From the IMG/VR virus record IMGVR_UViG_3300031841_002149, positions 1 through 61,012 of that record: a stretch of DNA of 61,012 nucleotides. One strand, written 5' to 3'. Numbering within the stretch: the first letter of the stretch is position 1; each line of letters opens with the position of its first letter. The DNA is from a virus (lineage: Duplodnaviria > Caudoviricetes). A program made the translations under genes and the position numbers. The notes beneath the pieces were generated by a model. That model saw nothing but the letters and a program-made list of their open reading frames with translations. It did no database searches and was not told the origin of the DNA. Below are positions 49,343 to 56,296 of the stretch, piece after piece.

Positions 49343-49588
49343 TCATAGAATGTTCACCATAATGTGCATCGCAATTATTCTGAGTTCTTCTTTTGTGAAG
49401 TAGGCGTGCATGGATTTAGCATCTCCATCCGTAAAGGACATGAATGCAACGAGGTTTTCACCGTCGGCATTTTCACCATAACAGCCCCGCTTTAGGGTGA
49501 ATCTCCCCCAACCGTCATATGCCTGACTGTATCGATCAAATGTCATCACTTTCGATATTGGTTCCTCGTCTATTAGTTCTGTTCCCAT
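49343..49588 (-). CDS. Hypothetical protein
   Basis: ATG is 47 nt from a motif; the stop overlaps the next motif. Confidence 0.65.
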   Translation of the reverse strand: MGTELIDEEPISKVMTFDRYSQAYDGWGRFTLKRGCYGENADGENLVAFMSFTDGDAKSMHAYFTKEELRIIAMHIMVNIL

Positions 49589-49642
49589 GTTTCTCTCTCC
49601 TTGTTCATTCTATTTAATATCTTGTTTTATGTCTCGCAAGCG

Positions 49643-49828
49643 TCAGAAATGCTCCTGCTTCAGTGCGTGTGTTGCGCATGATCGGCAATAATGACAACCT
49701 GCATACGTTCCCTCATTTTGGACATATAAGCGGCAATTTTCTTTTCCGCACATACTACAATATTGTCTAGTGAATACACCATTCTCAATAGCCTGTTTCA
49801 TTGTCATGTTCGTCCTCTTGTTTGTCAT
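49643..49828 (-). CDS. Small zinc-finger protein
   Basis: CSMC...CRSC. Start 49828 from motif spacing; the stop overlaps the next motif. Confidence 0.65.
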   Translation of the reverse strand: MTNKRTNMTMKQAIENGVFTRQYCSMCGKENCRLYVQNEGTYAGCHYCRSCATHALKQEHF

Positions 49829-49882
49829 ATTTGTGTCTCCTTCTATTTTACTGATAAAGTTATTCATTGTGAGTCGCAAGCG

Positions 49883-50140
49883 TTATTTGATCCTCTTTAT
49901 TGTCATGTTGTCGCATTCGATTTTATCATTGATCTCGGACATTTGATCGAATTCTCTCATGGTCACGCCGCCGCCCGTTAGATATTCATATCCACCATCG
50001 GTAGCATCAACGGAGAAGTCCCAAGCGAACCATTCTTCAACATTGGGATCAAGGTCGGTAAAGGTTCTTAGTATCTCGTCCATAGTGCCAATAAAATCAG
50101 CATGGTAATTTTCGGCCCAACTGCATCTGTATTCTTTCAT
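49883..50140 (-). CDS. Acidic hypothetical protein
   Basis: Start 50140 from motif spacing; the stop overlaps the next motif. Confidence 0.65.
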   Translation of the reverse strand: MKEYRCSWAENYHADFIGTMDEILRTFTDLDPNVEEWFAWDFSVDATDGGYEYLTGGGVTMREFDQMSEINDKIECDNMTIKRIK

Positions 50141-50204
50141 ATTTCTGTCTCCTTGTTCATAGTATTTAGATACTCTTATCATGCCTCGCAAGCGTCAGTG
50201 CGCC

Positions 50205-50477
50205 TCAAATATGGCACACTATGAATTGATCCTCGTCGTACTCCGCGCAAACCATGTGATCATCAGGATCGCAGTCCTCGCCGTAATCGTTTTGATAGGC
50301 TTCTAGGTTCTCGTATTCTGTAAACTCGCAGCATATCGCTATTGGGTCAAATTCAATGTCTCCATCAATGTCATTCAGGTAGTCGAATAACTCAAAGAGT
50401 CCTGCGCGGCTGAAATTGTCGGGCCTGATGGCCGTCATCTGATTCACGAAATCGTGGGCTGTTAGGGTCATTTTCAT
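50205..50477 (-). CDS. Acidic small phage-type protein (FS..GL..LFDYL...D.IAICCEF.EY)
   Basis: Recurring phage early-protein pattern, strongly acidic, function unknown. Confidence 0.65.
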   Translation of the reverse strand: MKMTLTAHDFVNQMTAIRPDNFSRAGLFELFDYLNDIDGDIEFDPIAICCEFTEYENLEAYQNDYGEDCDPDDHMVCAEYDEDQFIVCHI

Positions 50478-50617
50478 TGCAACCCCTCCACATAATCATC
50501 AGCCTCCATGCGGGCCATAGCCTCGCTGAAGCCCGCCTTCAACATCTCATTATATCGGCGTTGCCATGCTTTCTTCAGTCGTGCCTGTCTCTCGTATTTT
50601 TCATCGTGTGTTGTCAT
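50474..50617 (-). CDS. Hypothetical 47-aa protein
   Basis: Read by hand. ATG is 47 nt from a motif; ATGA overlap downstream. Confidence 0.65.
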   Translation of the reverse strand: MTTHDEKYERQARLKKAWQRRYNEMLKAGFSEAMARMEADDYVEGLQ

Positions 50618-50664
50618 ATTTCTATCTCCTTGTCCATTTTATTTAAGGGTAATTATCCTGCTTC

Positions 50665-51048
50665 TCAAGCGTCCTCCGGCCTGAATTTTGGGAATTTCAT
50701 GAGGATGAAGTCGATCATTGCCTGATGAGATTCTAAATCCTTGTCGATGCGAATTGAACAGGCCGTGTAATTCTCATAGTTAGCGATGTACCAACAATCC
50801 GTGAGGGCGTCCATCATTTCTTTTTTAGTGGGGTTTTCCTCCATGATCGTTCGCCATGTCTCTTGATATGTCGCCTCCGGGTACTCGCTATATGGGTCGG
50901 GTTCGCTAAGTAAGTCAAACTTGTAGGCGATGATAGCCGCCACTTGATCAACCGTGAATGCTCTCGGTTCGGGTCGGATTGTCATCCTTATTCTGTCGTC
51001 GGTCCATGTATTTATTGAGCCATGTGCGCCCATTCTTCTTCGTGCCAT
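50665..51048 (-). CDS. Hypothetical protein
   Basis: ATG is 47 nt from a motif; the stop lies inside the next motif. Confidence 0.65.
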   Translation of the reverse strand: MARRRMGAHGSINTWTDDRIRMTIRPEPRAFTVDQVAAIIAYKFDLLSEPDPYSEYPEATYQETWRTIMEENPTKKEMMDALTDCWYIANYENYTACSIRIDKDLESHQAMIDFILMKFPKFRPEDA

Positions 51049-51093
51049 ATTTTTCTCTCCTTGTTCATTTCTTTTAACTGTTTTTATCCTGCT

Positions 51094-51270
51094 TCACAAG
51101 CGTCTATTGTATGTCTTTGTAATTATGGAAAATTCGGCATTCGGGGATTGCTGGTGTTTTTCGTTCACAAATGCCTGAGCGTCTTCAAGGTTGTCAAAGA
51201 TAATCCCCTTCATTCTTGTGGCAAATCCCCCGCCTCTTAGTCCACGGTATATCCAATATTTTGTTGTCAT
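51094..51270 (-). CDS. Hypothetical protein
   Basis: Start 51270 from motif spacing; the stop lies inside the next motif. Confidence 0.6.
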   Translation of the reverse strand: MTTKYWIYRGLRGGGFATRMKGIIFDNLEDAQAFVNEKHQQSPNAEFSIITKTYNRRL

Positions 51271-51308
51271 GTTTTTGTCTCCTTCTTCATTTCTTTTAAG
51301 GGTATTGT

Positions 51309-51725
51309 TCACGCTTCGCAAGCGTCAGGCCTACAACAATCACGATTGCATACTAAGTGCCTCACGGTTTGATAATTGTAGTTAGATGAGCCGCCGAATG
51401 GGTACGTCTTAGGCACGTTTCTAGTGTCTCGGACATACCATTCAAAATCCTTTTGAAAGACTTGAATGCCGAGGGGGGCATATTGGTTGATCCGTGCTTT
51501 TGTGGTTTGTGTCATCCAACCGCCATGATTTAGAAGGACGTTGCCCTGTCCGTCGTAAGTGACTATATCAGTGCCGTGGTATCGAACCGCGACAGTCCAT
51601 TGACTCTCATCGGCATAGTGCGTATTATAGCACTTGATGTATGTGCCAACCTGCCCGGTTGGTTTGCCCTTTTCGGGGTTTCGTGCGGTCTTCCATCTTT
51701 CTATTAGGTGTTGTCTCCTGTTCAT
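51309..51725 (-). CDS. Hypothetical phage-type protein (YHGTDIV...GGW.T.TTK.RIN...VFQKDFEWYV)
   Basis: ATG is 47 nt from a motif; recurring phage early-protein pattern. Confidence 0.7.
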   Translation of the reverse strand: MNRRQHLIERWKTARNPEKGKPTGQVGTYIKCYNTHYADESQWTVAVRYHGTDIVTYDGQGNVLLNHGGWMTQTTKARINQYAPLGIQVFQKDFEWYVRDTRNVPKTYPFGGSSNYNYQTVRHLVCNRDCCRPDACEA

Positions 51726-51779
51726 ATTTTTCTCTCCTTGTTCATTTTATTTAAAGTCGTCTCTCATGCCTCGCAAGCG

Positions 51780-51890
51780 TCACCACTTTGGCTCCAACCA
51801 ACCGAGGCCGAATAGAACCGCGAGCGGCAGGATTCCAAAGCCCATTGTTACTATCACCGTAAAATAAAATCTGATTGGTCCGATCTTCAT
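51780..51890 (-). CDS. 36-aa membrane peptide (MKIGPIRFYFTVIV...LEPKW)
   Basis: Read by hand. ATGA-coupled; its TGA begins the array motif (TGACGCTTGCGA). Confidence 0.55.
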   Translation of the reverse strand: MKIGPIRFYFTVIVTMGFGILPLAVLFGLGWLEPKW

Positions 51891-52363
51891 GCGTCACACC
51901 CCTGACAAACTGAACGAATCGGATTTTGGTTAAAGTCCTTTGGGTGAATTTTGGCCGCCTCGGTTGCTTTGTGAGGGGTTCCACACATCACACAAACCGC
52001 CGATACGCCTCTGATCATGGCGTGGATCATGCCGGGATTATGGCCCTGCTGATACCATTCAGGTAGGTTGAGTATTTTTCGGGCTTGACGTGCCACGGTT
52101 TTGATCTCCCTGAAATTGACGGGGCCACGGCTGAAGGCGAGCGAGCAGGTCTTGAGGTGCTGTCTCTTTGGGCATCCACATGGACGGACCCCGGTGAAGC
52201 GTCCATTTTGGTCGCCGTCGCGGGCTTTTGTCCATGCGGTCCCACCCTTCCCGCCTTTTGAGCCTCTTGAGGCTGCGACGGGGCATTTCTCATTATGGGC
52301 GTGGTGATCGCGTCCCTTACACGCCTTGTAGCGGCAGGGTTTGGTTGTCGTCGTGGTCGTCAT
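51887..52363 (-). CDS. Basic Cys/His-rich protein
   Basis: Start MTTTTTTK at 52363 downstream of a TATA-like tract; several Cys/His clusters. Confidence 0.55.
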   Translation of the reverse strand: MTTTTTTKPCRYKACKGRDHHAHNEKCPVAASRGSKGGKGGTAWTKARDGDQNGRFTGVRPCGCPKRQHLKTCSLAFSRGPVNFREIKTVARQARKILNLPEWYQQGHNPGMIHAMIRGVSAVCVMCGTPHKATEAAKIHPKDFNQNPIRSVCQGCDA

Positions 52364-52639
52364 CAGAAAGAAAATATTAGTCATAGTATATAATATGTTG
52401 TTTATCACCATGAGCGCGCGGTTCGGGTTCCATAGGGTGAGGAAAAACTTCGCCTATATACTTTGTGTTAGGGTGGTCCGGGTTTCCATGCAATTTGAAG
52501 TTATAGTATTTAAATTATTGTTTTTTGGTTTTATTTTCGGTTTTGGCGGTTTCAGTTTCAACACCTACCCACACAATGACACTAGGTTTCATTTTTACAC
52601 TTAGCCCTTAGTACGGGCCACCTCCGCTCCCATGTATAT

Positions 52640-52897
52640 ATGGGCTGGCGGTATATATACTTTATTGCACTCACAAATTGATACGAAAAGTTTATATTCT
52701 ATTAAAATATTTTCACATTAATAATAATTTTACCGAATTTAATAAAAAAACAGGAGTAAAGTAAGTGTAATTTTTACACCACTTACGCCCGGTCTAATCA
52801 TCCTCAACGTATGGCTGTCAGTCTATAAACCTTGTGTTGGCCCCCCATGCGCGGCCCCGGTTGCCTATACTAGATGGGCTGTCGGTATATATACTTT
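52640..52897. repeat. 24-bp direct repeat ATGGGCTG(G/T)CGGTATATATACTTT
   Basis: Copies at 52640-52663 and 52874-52897, one mismatch, TATA-containing. Confidence 0.8.
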
Positions 52898-52951
52898 GTT
52901 ATTATGTGGCAATAAACAAACATTGATATACTCATACCCCGACTCGGAATC

Positions 52952-53128
52952 ATGGCGACAATTGAAGTCACATACATGGTTGATTTGACAGACAAAAGAG
53001 CAGAAATGACGGAGGATGAATTCTATGAATGGATCGATGAGAACCTTATTCAAGGTGGACTTGATGTCGGTCTAGGTGAAGACGCGGAATTATACTATAT
53101 GCCTGTAGTCGATCCAGACAATGAGTAA
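52952..53128 (+). CDS. Acidic 58-aa protein
   Basis: Read by hand (MATIEVTYMVDL...VDPDNE); AT-rich tract upstream. Confidence 0.55.
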   Translation: MATIEVTYMVDLTDKRAEMTEDEFYEWIDENLIQGGLDVGLGEDAELYYMPVVDPDNE

Positions 53129-53160
53129 AGTATATAAGCGAGATATTATGAGGGACTAAC

Positions 53161-53472
53161 ATGCTTGAAGATGGCACTTACGACAAAGACGGACTAAGGA
53201 TCGCGTACCCCGACGGTTATCAAGTCGGAATATGGGATCGACCCACAAACGCCGACGGACAGACCTTTCAATGGATCATTGAGAACATGACGCGAACCAC
53301 TGAGAATTTCGGGGCATGGGTGGATCAAGAAACGGGGAAACTATGGGTTGAGCCATGCGTATGGATTCAAGACCTAGACAGCGCGTTAAGGATTGCCCGC
53401 GCCTTGAACCAAATCGCAATATGGGATTGGTCAGAGATGAAGGAAATCCGACTTAGCGATAGGGTTATATAG
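53161..53472 (+). CDS. Hypothetical protein, SAM-lyase-like pattern
   Basis: GAW.D......E.....ALRIARA..Q.AIW; TATA (TATATAAG) upstream. Confidence 0.55.
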   Translation: MLEDGTYDKDGLRIAYPDGYQVGIWDRPTNADGQTFQWIIENMTRTTENFGAWVDQETGKLWVEPCVWIQDLDSALRIARALNQIAIWDWSEMKEIRLSDRVI

Positions 53473-53506
53473 GCATACCCTATCCCATATACAGGAGCGA
53501 ACAAAC

Positions 53507-53638
53507 ATGGCGCGAAAAATGACCAAGGCTGAATTTGATGAAGAATGTAGAGACGTAATAGACGACGGACTGACCGAGTTTGAGTTGATGATGTATTACC
53601 GTTTCTATTTGATGGGGAGGCAATCAGTCAGGGCATGA
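53507..53638 (+). CDS. Hypothetical 43-aa protein
   Basis: Read by hand; AGGAG upstream. Confidence 0.45.
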   Translation: MARKMTKAEFDEECRDVIDDGLTEFELMMYYRFYLMGRQSVRA

Positions 53639-53654
53639 TTTCCGAATCGGATTT

Positions 53655-53683
53655 TTCCGGGGGGTTTTCCCCCCCCCCCGGAA
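53655..53683. terminator. GC-rich hairpin
   Basis: TTCCGGGGGG/CCCCCCGGAA 10-bp stem after the 53507 ORF. Confidence 0.4.
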
Positions 53684-53834
53684 TTTTCCCGCCCTGGATT
53701 TTACATTTTTCATTTAGTGTGTAAATGAAACCGAGTGTAAAAATGAAAGTGGTGTAAAAATGAAACCGCTCTCGGCTTGCGCCCGCCCGCGCCCGTCTAT
53801 ATACGAGATGGAGGTATATATACATTGTTATAAA

Positions 53835-53872
53835 ACCGTAACTGTTATATAGGACCGTAACTGTTATATAGG
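53835..53872. repeat. Perfect 19-bp tandem repeat ACCGTAACTGTTATATAGG x2
   Basis: Copies at 53835-53853 and 53854-53872. Confidence 0.9.
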
Positions 53873-53938
53873 TTATAACCCTAGCTTGGAATACGGTGAT
53901 AAACAACCCTTTATAACCAAATACGCCTAGGATCATAC

Positions 53939-54241
53939 ATGCCTCAGAGAGCATACACCCAGAACGCCCGATGGAGAAAGCAAAACTGGAATCAGGACCT
54001 ATATCATCTTGATTCCGTGGTGAGGGGTCGATTGACCATTGTCGATAACGACCCTTCGACCATCAAAGTTTCATTTGAGCAGTCCGCATATCATACGCTT
54101 GACTGGTGGGAGAGCGTCGGGGATTTGCACTGTATCGACTTCGGCCAAAATTGGTGGATAACGGATGTCCGGTCAAAGGTCGCAGCGATCAAGAAAGAAG
54201 TCAACGGCTTCATCCTTGAAAAAATGGGCCTACCGCTTTGA
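53939..54241 (+). CDS. Hypothetical protein
   Basis: 100 aa; TTTATAA about 25-30 nt upstream of the ATG. Confidence 0.6.
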   Translation: MPQRAYTQNARWRKQNWNQDLYHLDSVVRGRLTIVDNDPSTIKVSFEQSAYHTLDWWESVGDLHCIDFGQNWWITDVRSKVAAIKKEVNGFILEKMGLPL

Positions 54242-54255
54242 ACCGGATGGATTGG

Positions 54256-54277
54256 GGGGGGGTCTTCGGACCCCCCC
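54256..54277 (+). terminator. Perfect 9-bp hairpin with C(UUCG)G tetraloop between convergent genes
   Basis: GGGGGGGTC-TTCG-GACCCCCCC. Confidence 0.55.
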
Positions 54278-54367
54278 ACCCTCTCAAATCCCGCCAAAAA
54301 TCAAACATACCCGGCGACACACCCCGCCTACCCCCACGCGAAATTTTTTACAAAATTTTTCAAAAAC

Positions 54368-54667
54368 CTAAAGTTTATATTCATACGGGGCCAATTGACT
54401 CGTTTTTCGCTCCTTCATCTCCAACCCCGCCTTCATGAGATACCGTCGCACCGTGCTTGGGTGTATCTGCCGCCACGTCCTACTCACCCGCTTGTTCGCC
54501 TCAAACGCAATCTCAAAGGGTGTCCTCCACTCATCGAAGAACCCCTCTTCCGCCAAGCACTTCATCAGGAACGGGTACAGTGTCTTCTTGTTCATCGGTC
54601 CTCTCGTCTGACTCTTGGCTAACTCTTCCTTCCACATATCGCAAAACTCCCCCTCGGCATTCCTCAC
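54368..54667 (-). CDS. HTH-like protein downstream of terminase
   Basis: TPFEIAFE...IHPSTVRRYLMKAGL. The exact start is uncertain. Confidence 0.5.
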   Translation of the reverse strand: MRNAEGEFCDMWKEELAKSQTRGPMNKKTLYPFLMKCLAEEGFFDEWRTPFEIAFEANKRVSRTWRQIHPSTVRRYLMKAGLEMKERKTSQLAPYEYKL

Positions 54668-56169
54668 TAGAACCGCCTCCGGTTGATTACCTTTCCACCG
54701 GCTCCCTCAAAGTCCCTTCTTATCTTGGACGGGCCTCCACCCAACCACGCTCCGCCGCTCATGGTCGTCATGACCACCGGCATATCCTGTTTCTTGTAGG
54801 TGAATTGGTCTATGGCGTGAGCGAAGGCCATCACACAGTCGTTGTGCTTGCCCAAGTCAACGATCAGCCCGTTTCGCCATGCGTGAGTCTCTAGTTCCTC
54901 CAACAGTATGCTGACCTGCCGCCTTGTCTCGTCGTCGCCGTATGGGAAGCAGACCATCTCCCGCTCAAACCAAACCCGCAGCCTGTTCATCAACCCCTGC
55001 TTCAGCGTCCTGTTGCTCGCCTTGCTCTTTCGGTAGTCAACGACTGCGCCCTTCTGAATCAAAATGCTCTCGTACAACTGCTGGAAGCCCACGTCCTCCG
55101 CAGCAATAGGCGCACCGAACCGCTTCGACCACTCGATCAGCATATCCGCTTGCTTGTCAGGTGGGAAGTCATTCCGCCTCCACATGTTTACGAAGTGGAC
55201 GTAGCCCTCCGGGTCCTGTGCCAAGCACACGATAACCGAGTAGTCCTGACCAACGCCGTGCGCTGGATCGAAGCCCAACACGTATCGCCAATCGTCTTGC
55301 TTCTCGACAGCCAGCACCCGCTCCATCTGCAAGTTCTTCCTCGTCTGACCCCGTGGGAACACCGCAGCCTCGTCGTCCACGACCCGGCATAGGTACTCCT
55401 GCACGAATGACAACTCGCCCATCGCCTCCTTCTGCTCAAGTAGGAAGTCAATCGGACGGTACTCGCCCCACAGTGGCTTCGGCTTCACGTTCTCCGGGTC
55501 TGCACGATGCTCGTCCCAATTCGGTATCGCGCTCCAAACCCCCGTACTCCACGTCTTGTTGCCTAGCATCTCCGTGTGATACAGGTCGTTCATGCTCAAC
55601 GGCGTGCCGACCACGTACAGGCTTGTGCCGGGACTCAGCATCGGTGTGATCTTCTTTCGGAACCAATTCCTGATCTCGTTCCAATTCGTGTCACCGGAGT
55701 CATCGAGAACGTCATCGAATGCGATGCAAGCGGGATGCTCACCACGGATCGCAGCACCAACCGACGTGGCCCGAATCCAAGAGCCGTTGGTCAACCGCAA
55801 CTCCAACTTGTTGCCCCTCTTGTTGTCGAGGTATCTGCTCAACTGCGGGTGACGCTTCAAGTCCTCCCGTATCTCTTCAAGCCTACGTGTAGCCAAGTCC
55901 TTGCTCGCTGAGAACAGCCAAATCGTCATGGGCTTGTCACGCCACTTCTCAAACAGGCACTTGTGCAGTAGTTTTATCCTCAATGTAGTTGACTTGGAGT
56001 GGTCCCTCGGTGCGATCACACAGACCCTTTGGACCTGCGCCCCCCTCCTGTCGCCGTACATATCCATCCACTCTCCGATGTGACCTCCCCATGTGTAGCC
56101 CAACCACTTGTAGAAATACTCAACGTCGTTGCGGGAACGCTCCATCGCAAAGTCCTGCATGAACCCCAT
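54667..56169 (-). CDS. terL: Terminase large subunit
   Basis: Walker A APRDHSKST, IRGEHP, Walker B FDD, VGTP, QEY, RNase H-like GFDPA...DYS, and HNDCVMA. Confidence 0.93.
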   Translation of the reverse strand: MGFMQDFAMERSRNDVEYFYKWLGYTWGGHIGEWMDMYGDRRGAQVQRVCVIAPRDHSKSTTLRIKLLHKCLFEKWRDKPMTIWLFSASKDLATRRLEEIREDLKRHPQLSRYLDNKRGNKLELRLTNGSWIRATSVGAAIRGEHPACIAFDDVLDDSGDTNWNEIRNWFRKKITPMLSPGTSLYVVGTPLSMNDLYHTEMLGNKTWSTGVWSAIPNWDEHRADPENVKPKPLWGEYRPIDFLLEQKEAMGELSFVQEYLCRVVDDEAAVFPRGQTRKNLQMERVLAVEKQDDWRYVLGFDPAHGVGQDYSVIVCLAQDPEGYVHFVNMWRRNDFPPDKQADMLIEWSKRFGAPIAAEDVGFQQLYESILIQKGAVVDYRKSKASNRTLKQGLMNRLRVWFEREMVCFPYGDDETRRQVSILLEELETHAWRNGLIVDLGKHNDCVMAFAHAIDQFTYKKQDMPVVMTTMSGGAWLGGGPSKIRRDFEGAGGKVINRRRF

Positions 56170-56173
56170 CGAA

Positions 56174-56296
56174 TCACCTCGGATGCAAGTCCCTCTTGCC
56201 GCAATGTGGGCATACGCCCGTGACCGCCTTCGACCTTAGCATACGCGGGGCTACCCAACCACAGGACCAGCACTTCGCACTCGTCCACTCACTCAT
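56174..56296 (-). CDS. 40-aa zinc-ribbon protein
   Basis: Read by hand. CWSC...CPHC; its 3' end supplies the GAGGTGA site for terL. Confidence 0.6.
   Translation of the reverse strand: MSEWTSAKCWSCGWVAPRMLRSKAVTGVCPHCGKRDLHPR

Larger units (their letters stand above)
43290..51780 (-). promoter_or_regulatory. Array of 15 repeated promoter units (palindrome ACGCTT-GCG-ArGC, then TATA, purine-rich tract, ATG)
   Basis: Core C(G/A/T)C(A/T)AGCGT on + begins at 43336, 44766, 45927, 46794, 47220, 48035, 49162, 49335, 49635, 49875, 50187, 50664, 51095, 51317 and 51772. Each is 46-47 nt from a minus-strand ATG. Confidence 0.9.
52585..53767. repeat. Inverted and iterated 16-bp repeat GTGTAAAAATGAAACC
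   Basis: Reverse copy at 52585-52600. Forward copies at 53719-53732 (2-nt deletion), 53735-53750 (2 mismatches) and 53752-53767 (perfect). Confidence 0.8.

Noticed and set aside
43336-51780. CRISPR array or classical integron interpretation of the repeated motif
   Set aside because: Inter-repeat distances vary from about 170 to 1430 nt and contain genes. The repeats are short and degenerate. No cas1/cas2, tyrosine integrase or attC-like hairpins are seen in the window.
51751-51984. 77-aa minus ORF from the track
   Set aside because: It overlaps 51887..52363 heavily. The ATGA-coupled ORF 51780..51890, which ends at the motif, fits better.
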